A DNA stretch of 64,000 nt from Vicinamibacterales bacterium (lineage in GTDB: Bacteria; Acidobacteriota; Vicinamibacteria; Vicinamibacterales; SCN-69-37): contig DATIWF010000104.1 of assembly GCA_035519535.1 (NCBI GenBank), forward strand, positions 2,185 to 66,184, read 5' to 3'. Of the stretch, positions 27,291 through 37,993 are shown in pieces. Position 1 is the first letter of the stretch. Each line of letters opens with the position of its first letter. The translations under genes and the position numbers were made by a program. The notes below the pieces were generated by a model. That model saw nothing but the letters and a program-made list of their open reading frames with translations. It had not been told where the DNA came from and made no database searches.

Positions 27291-30200
27291 GTGCATGAGA
27301 TGACTGAATTCGTCCATCTGCATCTCCACACCGAGTTCTCGCTCCTCGACGGGGCGTGCCGGATCGGCGAGCTGCTCGATCGCGCGGCCGAGCTGAAGAT
27401 GCGGGCGCTCGCGGTGACCGAGCACGGCAATCTCTTCTCGGCGGTCACGTTCCACGACGAAGCCCGCAAGCGCGGCGTGAAGCCGATCCTGGGGTGCGAG
27501 GTGTACGTCGCGCCCGGCAGCCGGACCGACCGGACCGGACAGCCCGGCGAGACCGCCAACCACCTCGTGCTCCTGGCGGAAACGAACGAAGGCTTCCACA
27601 ATCTCATCAAGCTCGTCTCGTCCGGCTACACCGAGGGCTTCTACTACAAGCCGCGCATCGACAAGGCGCTGCTGGCCGCGCACGCGCGGGGGCTCATCGG
27701 CTTGAGCAGCTGTCTCAAGGGCGAAGTCGCGACCGGCCTGCGCACGGATCAGGCGCGCAAGGCGCTCGACGCCGCCGCGACGTATCGCGACATCCTGGGA
27801 TCCGGAAACTTCTTCCTCGAGATGCAGGACCAGGGCATCGAGGACCAGCGCGTCGTGAACGCCGGCCTCCTGCCGATTTCACGCGACCTCGGCCTGCCGC
27901 TCGTCTGCACGAACGACGTGCACTACCTGCGGCAGACCGATCGGCATCCGCACGACGTGTTGCTGTGCATCGGCACGGGCAAGAGCGTGAGCGACGAGAA
28001 GCGCCTGCGCTACCACGGCGACCAGTTCTTCCTGAAGACGGCGGCGGAGATGGCGGCGGTGTTCGGCGACCACCCGGACGCGCTCGCCAACACGGTGGCG
28101 ATTGCCGAGCGGTGCGACGTCACGCTGGCGAAAGGCGAGGCGCACCTGCCGAACTTCGCCGTGCCGGCGGGGTACACGATTGACACGTACTTCGAGGCCG
28201 TGGTCCGCGAGGGCTTCGCCGCGCGGCGGGCGCGGCTGGTCGAGCTCGACGCCCGCGGCGAGCTGCGGCGGCCCCTGGCCGACTACGAATCCCGCCTGGC
28301 CTACGAGATCGACCTCATCAAGCGGATGAAGTACCCCGGGTACTTCCTGATCGTCTGGGATTTCATCCGGTACGCGCGCGAGCACGGCATCCCGGTCGGA
28401 CCGGGCCGCGGGTCGTCGGCGGGCAGTCTCGTAGCGTACTCGCTGCGCATCACCGACGTCGACCCCCTCTACTTCGATCTGTACTTCGAGCGCTTCCTCA
28501 ATCCCGAACGGGTGACGCTGCCCGACATCGACGTGGACTTCTGCGAGCGCCGCCGCGGCGAAGTCATCGCGTACGTCACCGAGAAGTACGGCCGCGAGAA
28601 CGTGGCGCAGATCATCACGTTCGGCACCATGAAGGCGCGCGCGGTCGTCCGCGACGTCGGCCGCGTGATGGAAATGCCGATCGCGGACGTGGACCGCGTC
28701 GCCAAGCTCATCCCCAACCAGCTCGACATGACGCTCGATCTGGCGGTGAAGGAGAACCCCGCCCTGGCCGAGCTCGAGCAGCGCGACGAACGCGTCCACG
28801 ACCTCCTGGGCGTCGCGCGCCGGCTCGAGGGCATGACTCGCCACGCGTCCGTCCACGCCGCCGGGGTCGTCATCGCACCGAAGCCGCTCACGGAGTTCGT
28901 CCCCCTCTATCGCAGCCAGAAGGACGAGGGCGAGATCACGACGCAGTGGGCGATGAAGGAGATCGAGCGCATCGGCCTCCTCAAGATGGACTTCCTCGGC
29001 CTGAGCACGCTCACGCTGCTCGACGACGCCGTCAAGCACATCAAGGAGACGACGGGGGAGACGATCGAGCTCGCCAGCCTGCCGCTCACCGACGCGAAGA
29101 CCTACCAGATCTTCCAGAACGGCCAGACCTACGGCGTGTTCCAGTTCGAGAGCTCGGGCATGCGCGAGGTCCTGCGCAAGGCCAAGCCGCAATGCCTCGA
29201 GGATCTGATCGCGTTGAACGCGCTCTATCGCCCCGGTCCGCTCCGGGGCGGCGTCGTCGACGACTACATCGCGCGCAAGCACGGCCGCGTCGAGGTCAAG
29301 TACGAGCTCCCGCAGATGGAGCCGCTCGTCAAAGAGACCTACGGCGTCATCGCCTACCAGGAGCAGGTCATGCGGCTCGCGAGCGAGCTGGCCGGCTTCA
29401 CCATGGGCCAGGCCGACGCGCTGCGCAGCGCGATGGGCAAGAAGGACGCCGCGAAGATGCAGGCCCAGCGCGACCGCTTCATCAGCGGCTGCAAGGCGCG
29501 GGGCATCGCCGAGAAGAAGGCCACGAAGATCTTCGAATACATGGAGTACTTCGCGGGCTACGGCTTCCCGAAGGCGCACTCGACGACCTACGCGCTGCTC
29601 GCGTATCAGACGGCCTACCTCAAGGCGAACTACCCGCGGCACTTCATGGCGGCGCTCCTCACGATCGAGTCGGAGAACTCCGACAAGGTCGCGTTGTACC
29701 TCGCCGAGTGCCGCGACCTCGGCGTGCCCGTGCTGCCGCCCGACATCAACACCAGTCGTTGGCAGTTCGTCGTCGAGCCCGGCGGCGTGCGCTTCGGCCT
29801 CGGGGCCGTCAAGGGCGCCGGCTCGGGGGCGATCGCGTCGCTGCTCGAGACCCGGGAGGCGCTCGGCGGACGGATCAAGTCCCTGTTCGAGCTCGGCGAG
29901 CGCGTCGACCTCCGCCTCGTCAACAAGAAGGTCCTCGAATGCCTGACGAAGGCCGGGGCGTTCGACTCGCTCGCGCCGAGGGGCGCGGACAATTACCGGG
30001 CCTGGCGCCCGCGGCTGCTCGCCGGCCTCGACCGCGTGCTCGACCACGGCGGCCGTCATCAGCGCGATCGCGATCAGGGCCAGTCGCGGTTGTTCGGCGG
30101 CGCCGAATCGCCCGACGAGGCGGACGACATGATCGCGCTCCCGGAGACGCCAGCCTGGTCGGAAGCCGAGGCGCTGACGTACGAGAAGGAAGCGCTCGGC

Positions 30201-30788
30201 CTGTACCTCAGCGGGCACCCGCTGCAGCGATACGCCGGCGTGCTCGAAGCCGCCGGCGCCCGCCGGCTGGCCGACCTCACCGAGAGCGTCGCGGACTGCG
30301 CGATCGGCGGCGTCGTGACGGGCATCCGCCACCTCAAGACCCGGCGCGGCGACCGCATGGCGGTGTTCATGCTCGAGGAAGAGGCCGCGAAGGTCGAGGC
30401 CGTCGTGTTCCCTGAGGCCTTCGGCCGCTACGGCGGCCTCATCGCCGACGATGCGATGCTGCTCGTGCGCGGCAAGTACGAGCGGGACGAGGAGAGCAGC
30501 CGGCTCATCGTGTCGGAAATCACGCCGCTCGACGTCGTCCGGGACCGCGCGGTCCGCGAGGTCGAGATCCGCCTGAAGGGCGCGGGGCTCGGGAAGGACG
30601 CGATGCGCGCGCTCGTCGGCGTCCTCGATCGGTACCCCGGCGACCGCCGCGTGTCGCTCGTCGTCGAAGTCAACGGCGGCCAGGCAATGCGCGTCCGCGC
30701 CGGCACGGCACGGCGCATCAAGCCGAGCGAGCTGTTCGTGCGGGACGTCGAAGCGGTATGCGGAACGGGATCGGTCGTGCTCAAATAG
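27291..30788 (+). CDS. dnaE: DNA polymerase III alpha subunit
   Basis: 1165 aa with the PHP domain motif HLHLHTEFSLLDG and polymerase core blocks (GPGRGSSAGSLVAY, PDIDVDF). The start is GTG 27291 or in-frame ATG 27300. Confidence 0.97.
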   Translation: MHEMTEFVHLHLHTEFSLLDGACRIGELLDRAAELKMRALAVTEHGNLFSAVTFHDEARKRGVKPILGCEVYVAPGSRTDRTGQPGETANHLVLLAETNEGFHNLIKLVSSGYTEGFYYKPRIDKALLAAHARGLIGLSSCLKGEVATGLRTDQARKALDAAATYRDILGSGNFFLEMQDQGIEDQRVVNAGLLPISRDLGLPLVCTNDVHYLRQTDRHPHDVLLCIGTGKSVSDEKRLRYHGDQFFLKTAAEMAAVFGDHPDALANTVAIAERCDVTLAKGEAHLPNFAVPAGYTIDTYFEAVVREGFAARRARLVELDARGELRRPLADYESRLAYEIDLIKRMKYPGYFLIVWDFIRYAREHGIPVGPGRGSSAGSLVAYSLRITDVDPLYFDLYFERFLNPERVTLPDIDVDFCERRRGEVIAYVTEKYGRENVAQIITFGTMKARAVVRDVGRVMEMPIADVDRVAKLIPNQLDMTLDLAVKENPALAELEQRDERVHDLLGVARRLEGMTRHASVHAAGVVIAPKPLTEFVPLYRSQKDEGEITTQWAMKEIERIGLLKMDFLGLSTLTLLDDAVKHIKETTGETIELASLPLTDAKTYQIFQNGQTYGVFQFESSGMREVLRKAKPQCLEDLIALNALYRPGPLRGGVVDDYIARKHGRVEVKYELPQMEPLVKETYGVIAYQEQVMRLASELAGFTMGQADALRSAMGKKDAAKMQAQRDRFISGCKARGIAEKKATKIFEYMEYFAGYGFPKAHSTTYALLAYQTAYLKANYPRHFMAALLTIESENSDKVALYLAECRDLGVPVLPPDINTSRWQFVVEPGGVRFGLGAVKGAGSGAIASLLETREALGGRIKSLFELGERVDLRLVNKKVLECLTKAGAFDSLAPRGADNYRAWRPRLLAGLDRVLDHGGRHQRDRDQGQSRLFGGAESPDEADDMIALPETPAWSEAEALTYEKEALGLYLSGHPLQRYAGVLEAAGARRLADLTESVADCAIGGVVTGIRHLKTRRGDRMAVFMLEEEAAKVEAVVFPEAFGRYGGLIADDAMLLVRGKYERDEESSRLIVSEITPLDVVRDRAVREVEIRLKGAGLGKDAMRALVGVLDRYPGDRRVSLVVEVNGGQAMRVRAGTARRIKPSELFVRDVEAVCGTGSVVLK

Positions 30789-30794
30789 GACTTC

Positions 30795-31811
30795 ATGCCC
30801 GTTGACACCCTCGACTTCGAAGAGCCCGTCGCGGTGCTGTTGAAGGAAATCGAGGCGATGAGCCTCATGCCGCAGACGCCCGAGCGGCGCGCGGCCATCG
30901 CCCGGCTGGAAGCGCGCGCCAACGAGCTGCGCGCCGAGATCTACGCACATCTGACGCCGTGGCAGGTCGTGCAGGTCGCGCGGCACCCCAACCGGCCGAC
31001 CATGCTCGACTACGTCGAGCGGCTGTTCACGAACTTCACCGAGCTCGCCGGCGACCGCCGGTTCGCCGACGACAAGGCGATCGTCACGGGCCTCGCGTAC
31101 TTTCACGAGCGGCCCGTCGCGGTGATCGGCCATCAGAAGGGGCGCGACACCAAACAGAAGATCTACCGCAACTTCGGCTACGCGAAGCCCGAGGGCTACC
31201 GCAAGGCGCTCCGGGTGATGCGGCTGGCGGAGAAGTTCAGGCGCCCGATCATCGTCTTCATCGACACGCCGGCCGCCTATCCGGGCATCGAGTCCGAGGA
31301 GCGCGGCGTCGCCGAAGCGATCGCCTTGAACCTCCGCGAGATGGCGATGCTCGACGTGCCGATCGTCGTGCTGGTGTGCGGCGAGGGCGGCAGCGGCGGC
31401 GCGCTGGGCATCGCGGTGGGCGACCGCGTGCTGATGCAGGAGTTCAGCGTCTACAGCGTCATCCCGCCCGAGGGCTGCGCGGCCATCCTCTGGCGCGACG
31501 CCGGGAGGAAAGTCGAGGCCGCCGAGGCGCTCAAGATCACGGCGCCCGACCTCATCGCCCTCGGCCTCGTCGACGAGATCGTCAAGGAGCCGCCGGGCGG
31601 CGCGCACACCTCGCACGAAGCCGCGGCGAAGCTCGTGGACGAGGCGGTCTGGCGCCATCTCTCCGAGCTGATGGAGGCGCCGTCTGCCGGCCGGCTCGAC
31701 GCGCGCTATGACAAGTTCCGGGCGATGGGCCGCCCCGGTCAAGCCATCGCGGACGACGGTCCGGCCGACGACGCGGCGGAGGAGCCGTCCGGATCGGAGC
31801 GGGGCGCCTGA
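30795..31811 (+). CDS. accA: Acetyl-CoA carboxylase carboxyltransferase subunit alpha
   Basis: 338 aa with FIDTPAAYPGIESEERG and GEGGSGGALGI. Confidence 0.93.
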   Translation: MPVDTLDFEEPVAVLLKEIEAMSLMPQTPERRAAIARLEARANELRAEIYAHLTPWQVVQVARHPNRPTMLDYVERLFTNFTELAGDRRFADDKAIVTGLAYFHERPVAVIGHQKGRDTKQKIYRNFGYAKPEGYRKALRVMRLAEKFRRPIIVFIDTPAAYPGIESEERGVAEAIALNLREMAMLDVPIVVLVCGEGGSGGALGIAVGDRVLMQEFSVYSVIPPEGCAAILWRDAGRKVEAAEALKITAPDLIALGLVDEIVKEPPGGAHTSHEAAAKLVDEAVWRHLSELMEAPSAGRLDARYDKFRAMGRPGQAIADDGPADDAAEEPSGSERGA

Positions 31812-33547
31812 TGCAGCGCCGCGTCTGGGAGGACGTGCCCGCCGACGAGGCCGGCGTCCGGATCGCGGCCTCGGCGCTGGGCGTGCCCGTCGTCATCGCC
31901 CGCTTGCTGTGGCAGCGCGGCTTCACGGACCCGGAGGCGGCGCGGCAGTTTCTCGAGCCGGCGCTCGATCAGCTCCACGATCCGTTCCTGCTGACGGGCA
32001 TGCGCGAGGCCGTCGATCGCCTGCTCGGCGCGGTCGCCCGCCGCGAGCAGATCGCCATCCACGGCGACTACGACGTGGACGGCATCACGTCCACCGTCAT
32101 CCTTCGCCGCGCCATCGAGGTGCTGGGCGGCGACGTCGTGCACTTCGTCCCGGACCGCCTGCGCGACGGCTACGGCCTGCAGCCGGCGACGATCGATCGA
32201 CTGCGCGAGGCCGGGGCGCGTGTGGTCGTCTCGGTCGACTGCGGGATCCGCGCGGCGGCCGCCGGCGCCCGCGCGCGCGACCTCGGCGTCGACCTCATCA
32301 TCACGGATCATCACGAGCCCGACGACGCGCTGCCGCCCGCGCTGGCGATCATCAACCCGAAGCGCGCGGACTGCTCGTATCCCGACAAGAGCCTGGCCGG
32401 CGTCGGCGTCGCGTTCAAGCTGGTGCAGGCGCTCTTCGCCGCGAGCGGCCGGGGCGCCGAGCTGCTGCCGCACTTCATCAAGGTGGCGGCGATCGGCACC
32501 CTGGCGGACGTGGTGCCGCTCGTCGGCGAGAATCGCGTGATCGCGCGCTACGGGCTGCAGGGCCTGTCGCGCGGGCCGCACGGCGCGGGCCTCGAGGCGC
32601 TGCTCGAGGACAGCGGCCTGCTTGGACGCACGCTCGACAGCTTTCACGTGAGCTTCGTGATCGCGCCGCGGCTGAACGCCGCCGGCCGGATGAGCTCCCC
32701 GGATCTCGCGGCCGATCTGCTCCTGCTGCGCGGGCGGGACGCCGACGCGCGGACGCGCGCGCGCGAGCTGGCCCGCCAGCTGTCCGCGGAAAACGCCAGG
32801 CGCCAGGCGCAGGAAGCGGAGATCCTCGCCGAGGCACGGCGCCTCATCGACCGCGACCCGGAGGTCGGCGCGCAGAACATGCTGGTCGTCGCCGGCCAGG
32901 GCTGGCACCGCGGCGTGATTGGCATCGTCGCCTCCAAGCTGGTCGAGATCTACTGCAAGCCCACGCTCGTCCTTTCAATCGAGAACGACGTGGCGCACGG
33001 ATCGGGGCGGAGCATCCCCGGCTTCGACCTGCTGGCCGCGCTCGACGCGTGCGCCGACGTGTTCCTCCGGTTTGGCGGCCATCGCCAGGCCGCGGGCGTC
33101 ACGCTCGAGGCCGGACGAATCGGCGAGCTGCGGCGGCGACTGTGGGCGCTCGCCAACGCGCAGCTCGGACCGTCGGACCTCGTGCCGCGCCTGCGCATCG
33201 ACTCACCGCTCGGACTGCGCGAGATCGCCGGCGACGTGATCGAAGGCCTCGCGCGCCTCGGCCCGTTCGGCGCCGCCAACCCGCAGCCGGTGTTCCGCGC
33301 GTCGCCGGTCGACCTGCTGGCGGCGCCGCGGCTGGTGAAGGAGCGGCATCTTTCCCTGACGTTCAAGCAGGATGGCCGCGCGTTCCGCGCGATCGCCTGG
33401 CGCGCCGCGGACCGCGAGACGTACCTCGCGACCAATCGCTACGGCCTCGAGCTGGCGTACTCGCTCGACCAGGGCGAGTACCGCGGCGAGAAGGTCACCG
33501 AGCTGACGGTCGCCGACGTGCGCGTGCCCGAGGTCGCCGCGCCATGA
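31811..33547 (+). CDS. recJ: Single-stranded-DNA-specific exonuclease RecJ
   Basis: 578 aa with DHH motifs (IHGDYDVDGITS, DCGI, LIITDHHEP) and DHHA1 (FGGHRQAAG). Its ATG shares 1 nt with the accA stop. Confidence 0.93.
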   Translation: MQRRVWEDVPADEAGVRIAASALGVPVVIARLLWQRGFTDPEAARQFLEPALDQLHDPFLLTGMREAVDRLLGAVARREQIAIHGDYDVDGITSTVILRRAIEVLGGDVVHFVPDRLRDGYGLQPATIDRLREAGARVVVSVDCGIRAAAAGARARDLGVDLIITDHHEPDDALPPALAIINPKRADCSYPDKSLAGVGVAFKLVQALFAASGRGAELLPHFIKVAAIGTLADVVPLVGENRVIARYGLQGLSRGPHGAGLEALLEDSGLLGRTLDSFHVSFVIAPRLNAAGRMSSPDLAADLLLLRGRDADARTRARELARQLSAENARRQAQEAEILAEARRLIDRDPEVGAQNMLVVAGQGWHRGVIGIVASKLVEIYCKPTLVLSIENDVAHGSGRSIPGFDLLAALDACADVFLRFGGHRQAAGVTLEAGRIGELRRRLWALANAQLGPSDLVPRLRIDSPLGLREIAGDVIEGLARLGPFGAANPQPVFRASPVDLLAAPRLVKERHLSLTFKQDGRAFRAIAWRAADRETYLATNRYGLELAYSLDQGEYRGEKVTELTVADVRVPEVAAP

Positions 33548-35793
33548 GGTGGCAGCGGTGGCTACGCGGACTCGTGGCCCTGGTCGGCCTCGGTTGCGCC
33601 GTCGCGCTGTACGCCTACTCGCGCCACAGCCCGCCGCGCGTCGAGCCGCCCCCCGCCGTCACCGTCGACCCGCAGGCCCAGGTGCAGTACGGCGCCGGAC
33701 GCCTGGTCCGGCACCGCGGCGACCAGGAGCTGGGATCGATCGACTACCAGGGCATGAAATCCTACGAGGACGGCCGCAGCGTGTTCGACCAGCCGCACAT
33801 CATCTCGTCCGACGCGCGCGGCTTCGAGGCCTGGGCGGCCCGTGCCGAGACGAAGGGCAAGTCGGTCCATGCCGACAATCCGAGCGAGATGGAGTTCACG
33901 GGGCACGTGAAGGTCCGGACGAAGGACGGCCTCGAGCTCCTGACCGAGTCGGCCGTCTACGACGACATGACCGGCGGCGTGCGCATCCCCGGACCGCTCA
34001 CGTTCACGCGGGGCCGCCTGTCCGGGCAGGGCACCGGCGGCATCTACGACCGCGACAAGGACGTCCTGACGATCCTCGACCAGGCGCACGTCCAGGTGGC
34101 GCCCGGCCCGGACGGGAAGGGCGCGATGTCCGGCACGTCCCGGTCCATGATGCTCGACCGCATGAACAAGGTCTCGCGCCTCGACCAGGGCGCCACGATC
34201 ACGCACGACGCCGAGACGCTGGTCGGCGACGCCGCGACGCTCTACTGGACGGACGATGAAAAGCACCTGCGGCTGATCGAGCTGCGCGGGCATGCCAACG
34301 TCACGCAGGGCCCCGGCGCCGGCGCGAACAGCCCGCCGGACATGCACGGCGACGACATCGACCTCACGTTCTATCCCGACGGCCAGACGCTGCGCGCCGG
34401 CGCGTTGATCGGCCGGACCGCGCCCGCCTCACTGGTGTTGATCGATGCGAACGGCCGCCGGTCGGTGTCCGGCGGTCGCGTGGATCTGACCGTCGCTCCC
34501 GACGGCCAGACGTTGACCGATCTGCAGGCCCGGCCCGCCGCCCGGGTCGATCTGCCCAGGACGGCCGACGCGCCCGCGCGCGTGATCACGGCGCCGACCC
34601 TGACGGCCCGGGGCACCGAGAAAGAAGGCCTGAAGGAGGCGCGGTTCGACGGCGGCGCCGAGTTCACCGAAACCGTGCCGGGCGAGAAGGGCCAGAAGGA
34701 CTCCATCCGCACGGGCAAGTCGCGCACGCTCGTGCTGGCGCTCAACGGACAGATCGACGCCATCGATCAGGCCCACTTCACGCAGGACGCGACGTTCACC
34801 GACGGCGACGTTCACGGGGACGCCGACGATGCGCAGTACTTCGCGGGGCAGGGCAAGCTGCTGCTGCGGCCGGCCGCGCGCGGGCCGAAAAAGACGCCGC
34901 ACGTCACCGACGGCGACCTCCAGGTCGACGCGCAGTCCATCGACATCTACCTGGACACGCACGACCTCGACGCCGCGGGCGACGTGACGACCGTCAACCG
35001 TCAGTCCGCAGCGCCCGCGCCGACGCCGCACACGTCCGCGCTCTTCGACTTCAACGATCCGAACCGGCCGATCTACGGCGCCGGCGCCACGCTGCACTAT
35101 GCGAGCGCGACCGGGCGCGCCATCTACACCGGCACGGCCCGCGCCCTGGCGCGGACCTGGCAGGATCCGAACTCCGTCACGGCCGACGAAGTGACGGTCG
35201 AAACCGAGACGCACAACCTGAAAGCCGTCGGCCATGTGTGCTCGAAGTACACGCTGACCCCTTCGGCGAGCCCCGGAGTGGCGACGACCGCCTCGGCGCA
35301 GAGTCCGACGGAGTATCTCGGCACCGGCCAGACGCTCGACTACCGGGACGCCGATCGCGTGGCGAGGTACGAGGGCGCGCCCGCCACGCTCTATTCGTCG
35401 GACGGCACGACGAAGGGACCGTCGCCCGCCTGCGGCAGCGCGCTGCCGACCGCCGGCCGCACGACGACCGCGCCGCGGATTGACATCGTCTTCAACGATC
35501 AGGGCAACGCGGTCGATCGCCTCGACGCGACGGGCGGCGCGTACGCCCAGCTCGAGGGCGGCCGGGAGGCGGTCGCGCAGCGGCTGCAATACGACGCCGC
35601 CACCGACACCTACACGCTGACCAGCTCGGCGGCGATCCCGGCGCGCGTCAAGCTGCCCAACTCGGACCACACGGGCTGCACCAAATCGATGGGGGAGACG
35701 CTGACGTTCACCAAGCAGAGCGGGAGCGCCGAGGGATCGCGCGAGACCGTGAAGATCGACTGCGGCGCCTCGATCAAGAACCCCGTCAACTAA
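33544..35793 (+). CDS. Giant TM-anchored LptC/LptA (OstA-like) multi-domain protein
   Basis: 749 aa from ATG 33544 (ATGA overlap with the recJ stop), forming the 3' part of track ORF 31708..35793. It has an N-terminal TM helix ([19 protein letters not shown]). At least four OstA/LptA-like repeat units follow, for example [46 protein letters not shown]...[33 protein letters not shown] and [15 protein letters not shown]. Its stop overlaps the lptB ATG (TAATG). It sits in the position normally occupied by lptC and lptA. Confidence 0.65.
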   Translation: MRWQRWLRGLVALVGLGCAVALYAYSRHSPPRVEPPPAVTVDPQAQVQYGAGRLVRHRGDQELGSIDYQGMKSYEDGRSVFDQPHIISSDARGFEAWAARAETKGKSVHADNPSEMEFTGHVKVRTKDGLELLTESAVYDDMTGGVRIPGPLTFTRGRLSGQGTGGIYDRDKDVLTILDQAHVQVAPGPDGKGAMSGTSRSMMLDRMNKVSRLDQGATITHDAETLVGDAATLYWTDDEKHLRLIELRGHANVTQGPGAGANSPPDMHGDDIDLTFYPDGQTLRAGALIGRTAPASLVLIDANGRRSVSGGRVDLTVAPDGQTLTDLQARPAARVDLPRTADAPARVITAPTLTARGTEKEGLKEARFDGGAEFTETVPGEKGQKDSIRTGKSRTLVLALNGQIDAIDQAHFTQDATFTDGDVHGDADDAQYFAGQGKLLLRPAARGPKKTPHVTDGDLQVDAQSIDIYLDTHDLDAAGDVTTVNRQSAAPAPTPHTSALFDFNDPNRPIYGAGATLHYASATGRAIYTGTARALARTWQDPNSVTADEVTVETETHNLKAVGHVCSKYTLTPSASPGVATTASAQSPTEYLGTGQTLDYRDADRVARYEGAPATLYSSDGTTKGPSPACGSALPTAGRTTTAPRIDIVFNDQGNAVDRLDATGGAYAQLEGGREAVAQRLQYDAATDTYTLTSSAAIPARVKLPNSDHTGCTKSMGETLTFTKQSGSAEGSRETVKIDCGASIKNPVN

Positions 35794-36518
35794 TGGCGAC
35801 CCTGCACACGCAAGGCCTGACCAAAGCGTACGGCGGGCGCACCGTGGTGCGCGACGTGGTGCTCGACGTCTCGTCGGGCGAGGTCGTCGGCCTGCTCGGC
35901 CCGAACGGCGCCGGCAAGACGACGACGTTCGGCATGGTGGTCGGCCTCGTCGGTCCGGACGCCGGTCGAGTGCTCCTCGACGACGAGGACGTCACGTCGG
36001 CGCCGATGTACGTGCGCGCGCGCAAGGGCATCGGCTATCTGCCGCAGGAGCCCTCGATCTTCCGCGGGTTGACGGTGGAGCAGAACATCCTCGCGATCCT
36101 CGAGACGCTGCCGATCGACGCCGAGACGCGGGCGTCGCGCCTGCGCGAGCTGCTCGCCGAGCTGAACCTGACGCCGCTCGCGCGCTCGAAAGCCCACACG
36201 CTGTCGGGCGGCGAGCGCCGCCGCGTGGAGATCACGCGGGCGCTCGTCAACTCCCCGAAGTTCATCCTGCTCGACGAACCGTTCGCCGGCATCGATCCCA
36301 TTGCTGTAAGTGAGATCCAGAAGATCATCTTTCATCTCAAGGCGCGCGGCATCGGCGTGCTCGTGACGGACCACAACGTGCGGGAAACGCTGAGGATCAC
36401 CGATCGCGCCTATATCGTGCACGATGGCGTGATATTCCGCAGCGGCACGCCCGCCACGCTGGCCGCCGACGACGAGGTGAAGCGGATTTACCTCGGCGCG
36501 GATTTCCGCCTGGACTAA
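35793..36518 (+). CDS. lptB: LPS export ABC transporter ATP-binding protein LptB
   Basis: 241 aa with Walker [10 protein letters not shown], signature LSGGERRR and Walker [13 protein letters not shown]. It lies directly upstream of rpoN. Confidence 0.93.
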   Translation: MATLHTQGLTKAYGGRTVVRDVVLDVSSGEVVGLLGPNGAGKTTTFGMVVGLVGPDAGRVLLDDEDVTSAPMYVRARKGIGYLPQEPSIFRGLTVEQNILAILETLPIDAETRASRLRELLAELNLTPLARSKAHTLSGGERRRVEITRALVNSPKFILLDEPFAGIDPIAVSEIQKIIFHLKARGIGVLVTDHNVRETLRITDRAYIVHDGVIFRSGTPATLAADDEVKRIYLGADFRLD

Positions 36519-36540
36519 TATTGAGGGCGGCACCGATCTG

Positions 36541-37971
36541 ATGGCTATCCACCAGAAGCTCAACGCGCGGCTCGTCCAGAAGCTGATCCTGACGCCCTCG
36601 CTGCAGCAGGCGATCAAGCTCCTGCCGATGTCGACGCTCGAGCTTGCCGAGCTCCTCAATCAGGAGATGGTGGAGAACCCGCTCCTCGAGGAGGTGCCGA
36701 CCGAGGACGCGCAGACCGCCGAGGCCGCGGCCACGCCCGAGCAGCCCGAGGCCGCCAAGGCCAAAGACGACGGCAAGGACGCCTGGGACGACGCCGACTA
36801 CGAGTACTTCTTCGGCGAGTACCTCGACGAGGGCTACCGGCCCCGGCAGCCGCAGGAAGTGAAAGAGCTCCCGCCGATCGAGAACACGCTCTCGACGAAG
36901 AGCTCGCTCGCCGACCACCTCATGTGGCAGCTCAACCTCCAGACGAGCGACAACACGATTCGCGAGATCGGCGCGGCCATCGTCGGCAACATCGACGAGG
37001 ACGGCTATCTCGTCGCCTCGGTCAACGAAATCGCCGCGCTCGGCAACTGGGACGTCGCGATCGTCGAGAAGGCGCTCGAGCACGTGCAGTCGTTCGACCC
37101 GATCGGCGTCGGCGCGCGCGACCTGCAGGAATGCCTGCTGCTGCAGCTGCGTCATCTGGGCCTGGCCGGCACGCCCGCCGAGGTCCTCGTCCGCGACCAC
37201 CTGCGACTGCTGCAGAACCACCGCATCCCGGAGCTCGCCCGCGCCCTCGGCGTGGAGCCCGAGGAGGTCAAGGCGCACATCGAGTTCATCAAGCACCTCG
37301 ACCCGAAGCCAGGCGCGCGCTACAGTCCGGCCGACTCGCAGTACGTCATCCCCGACGTCTACGTCGTCAAGACCGACGACGGGTATCGGGCGCTGCTGAA
37401 CGAGGACGGGCTGCCGCAGCTCCGGATCAGTCCCGTCTACCGGCGGCTGCTCGACAAGGGAGGCGAGACGTCGGACGAGACGCGGGCCTACGTCAAGGAC
37501 AAGTTCCGGTCGGCGCTGTGGCTGCTGAAGTCGGTGGACCAGCGGCAGAAGACGATCCTCAAGGTCGCGACGAGCATCATCAACTTCCAGCGCGACTTCC
37601 TCGACCGCGGCATCGAGCACCTGCGGCCGCTCGTCCTGCGCGACGTGGCGAACGACATCGGCATGCACGAATCGACGGTCTCGCGCGTCGTCAACAACAA
37701 GTACATGCACACCCCGCAGGGCGTGTACGAGATGAAGTTCTTCTTCCACAGCGGCATCAGCAGCTCCTTCGGCGAGAGCGTGTCGTCGGTGACGATCAAG
37801 CAGCGCATCCGGAAGATCATCGAGGGCGAGGACCAGCGCCGGCCGCTGAGCGACTCGAAGATCATGAGCATCCTGCAGAAGGAAGGGCTCGTGCTGGCAC
37901 GCCGGACGATTGCCAAGTACCGGGAAGAGCTGAAGATTCCGACGTCCAACCAGCGCAAGGTCCTCTACTGA
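36541..37971 (+). CDS. rpoN: RNA polymerase sigma-54 factor
   Basis: 476 aa with a Gln/Leu-rich region I, an acidic region II, the HTH ESTVSRVVNNKY and the RpoN box ARRTIAKYR. Confidence 0.96.
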   Translation: MAIHQKLNARLVQKLILTPSLQQAIKLLPMSTLELAELLNQEMVENPLLEEVPTEDAQTAEAAATPEQPEAAKAKDDGKDAWDDADYEYFFGEYLDEGYRPRQPQEVKELPPIENTLSTKSSLADHLMWQLNLQTSDNTIREIGAAIVGNIDEDGYLVASVNEIAALGNWDVAIVEKALEHVQSFDPIGVGARDLQECLLLQLRHLGLAGTPAEVLVRDHLRLLQNHRIPELARALGVEPEEVKAHIEFIKHLDPKPGARYSPADSQYVIPDVYVVKTDDGYRALLNEDGLPQLRISPVYRRLLDKGGETSDETRAYVKDKFRSALWLLKSVDQRQKTILKVATSIINFQRDFLDRGIEHLRPLVLRDVANDIGMHESTVSRVVNNKYMHTPQGVYEMKFFFHSGISSSFGESVSSVTIKQRIRKIIEGEDQRRPLSDSKIMSILQKEGLVLARRTIAKYREELKIPTSNQRKVLY

Positions 37972-37993
37972 CGCGCACGGAGGTCCGCAGGCG

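Noticed and set aside
27879-31742. A 1287-aa minus-strand ORF. There are similar giants at 10033..12747(+), 12612..15212(+), 15119..17257(-), 18603..21563(+), 20464..23328(-), 25527..27683(-), 36397..38178(-), 52992..54815(+) and 62175..63869(-).
   Set aside because: All lie antisense to genes with unambiguous family motifs (dnaE, mutS, the kinase, guaA, rpoN, lptFG, tolB and others). They have the Arg/Asp/Gly/Pro-rich composition typical of stop-codon-poor alternative frames in high-GC genomes.
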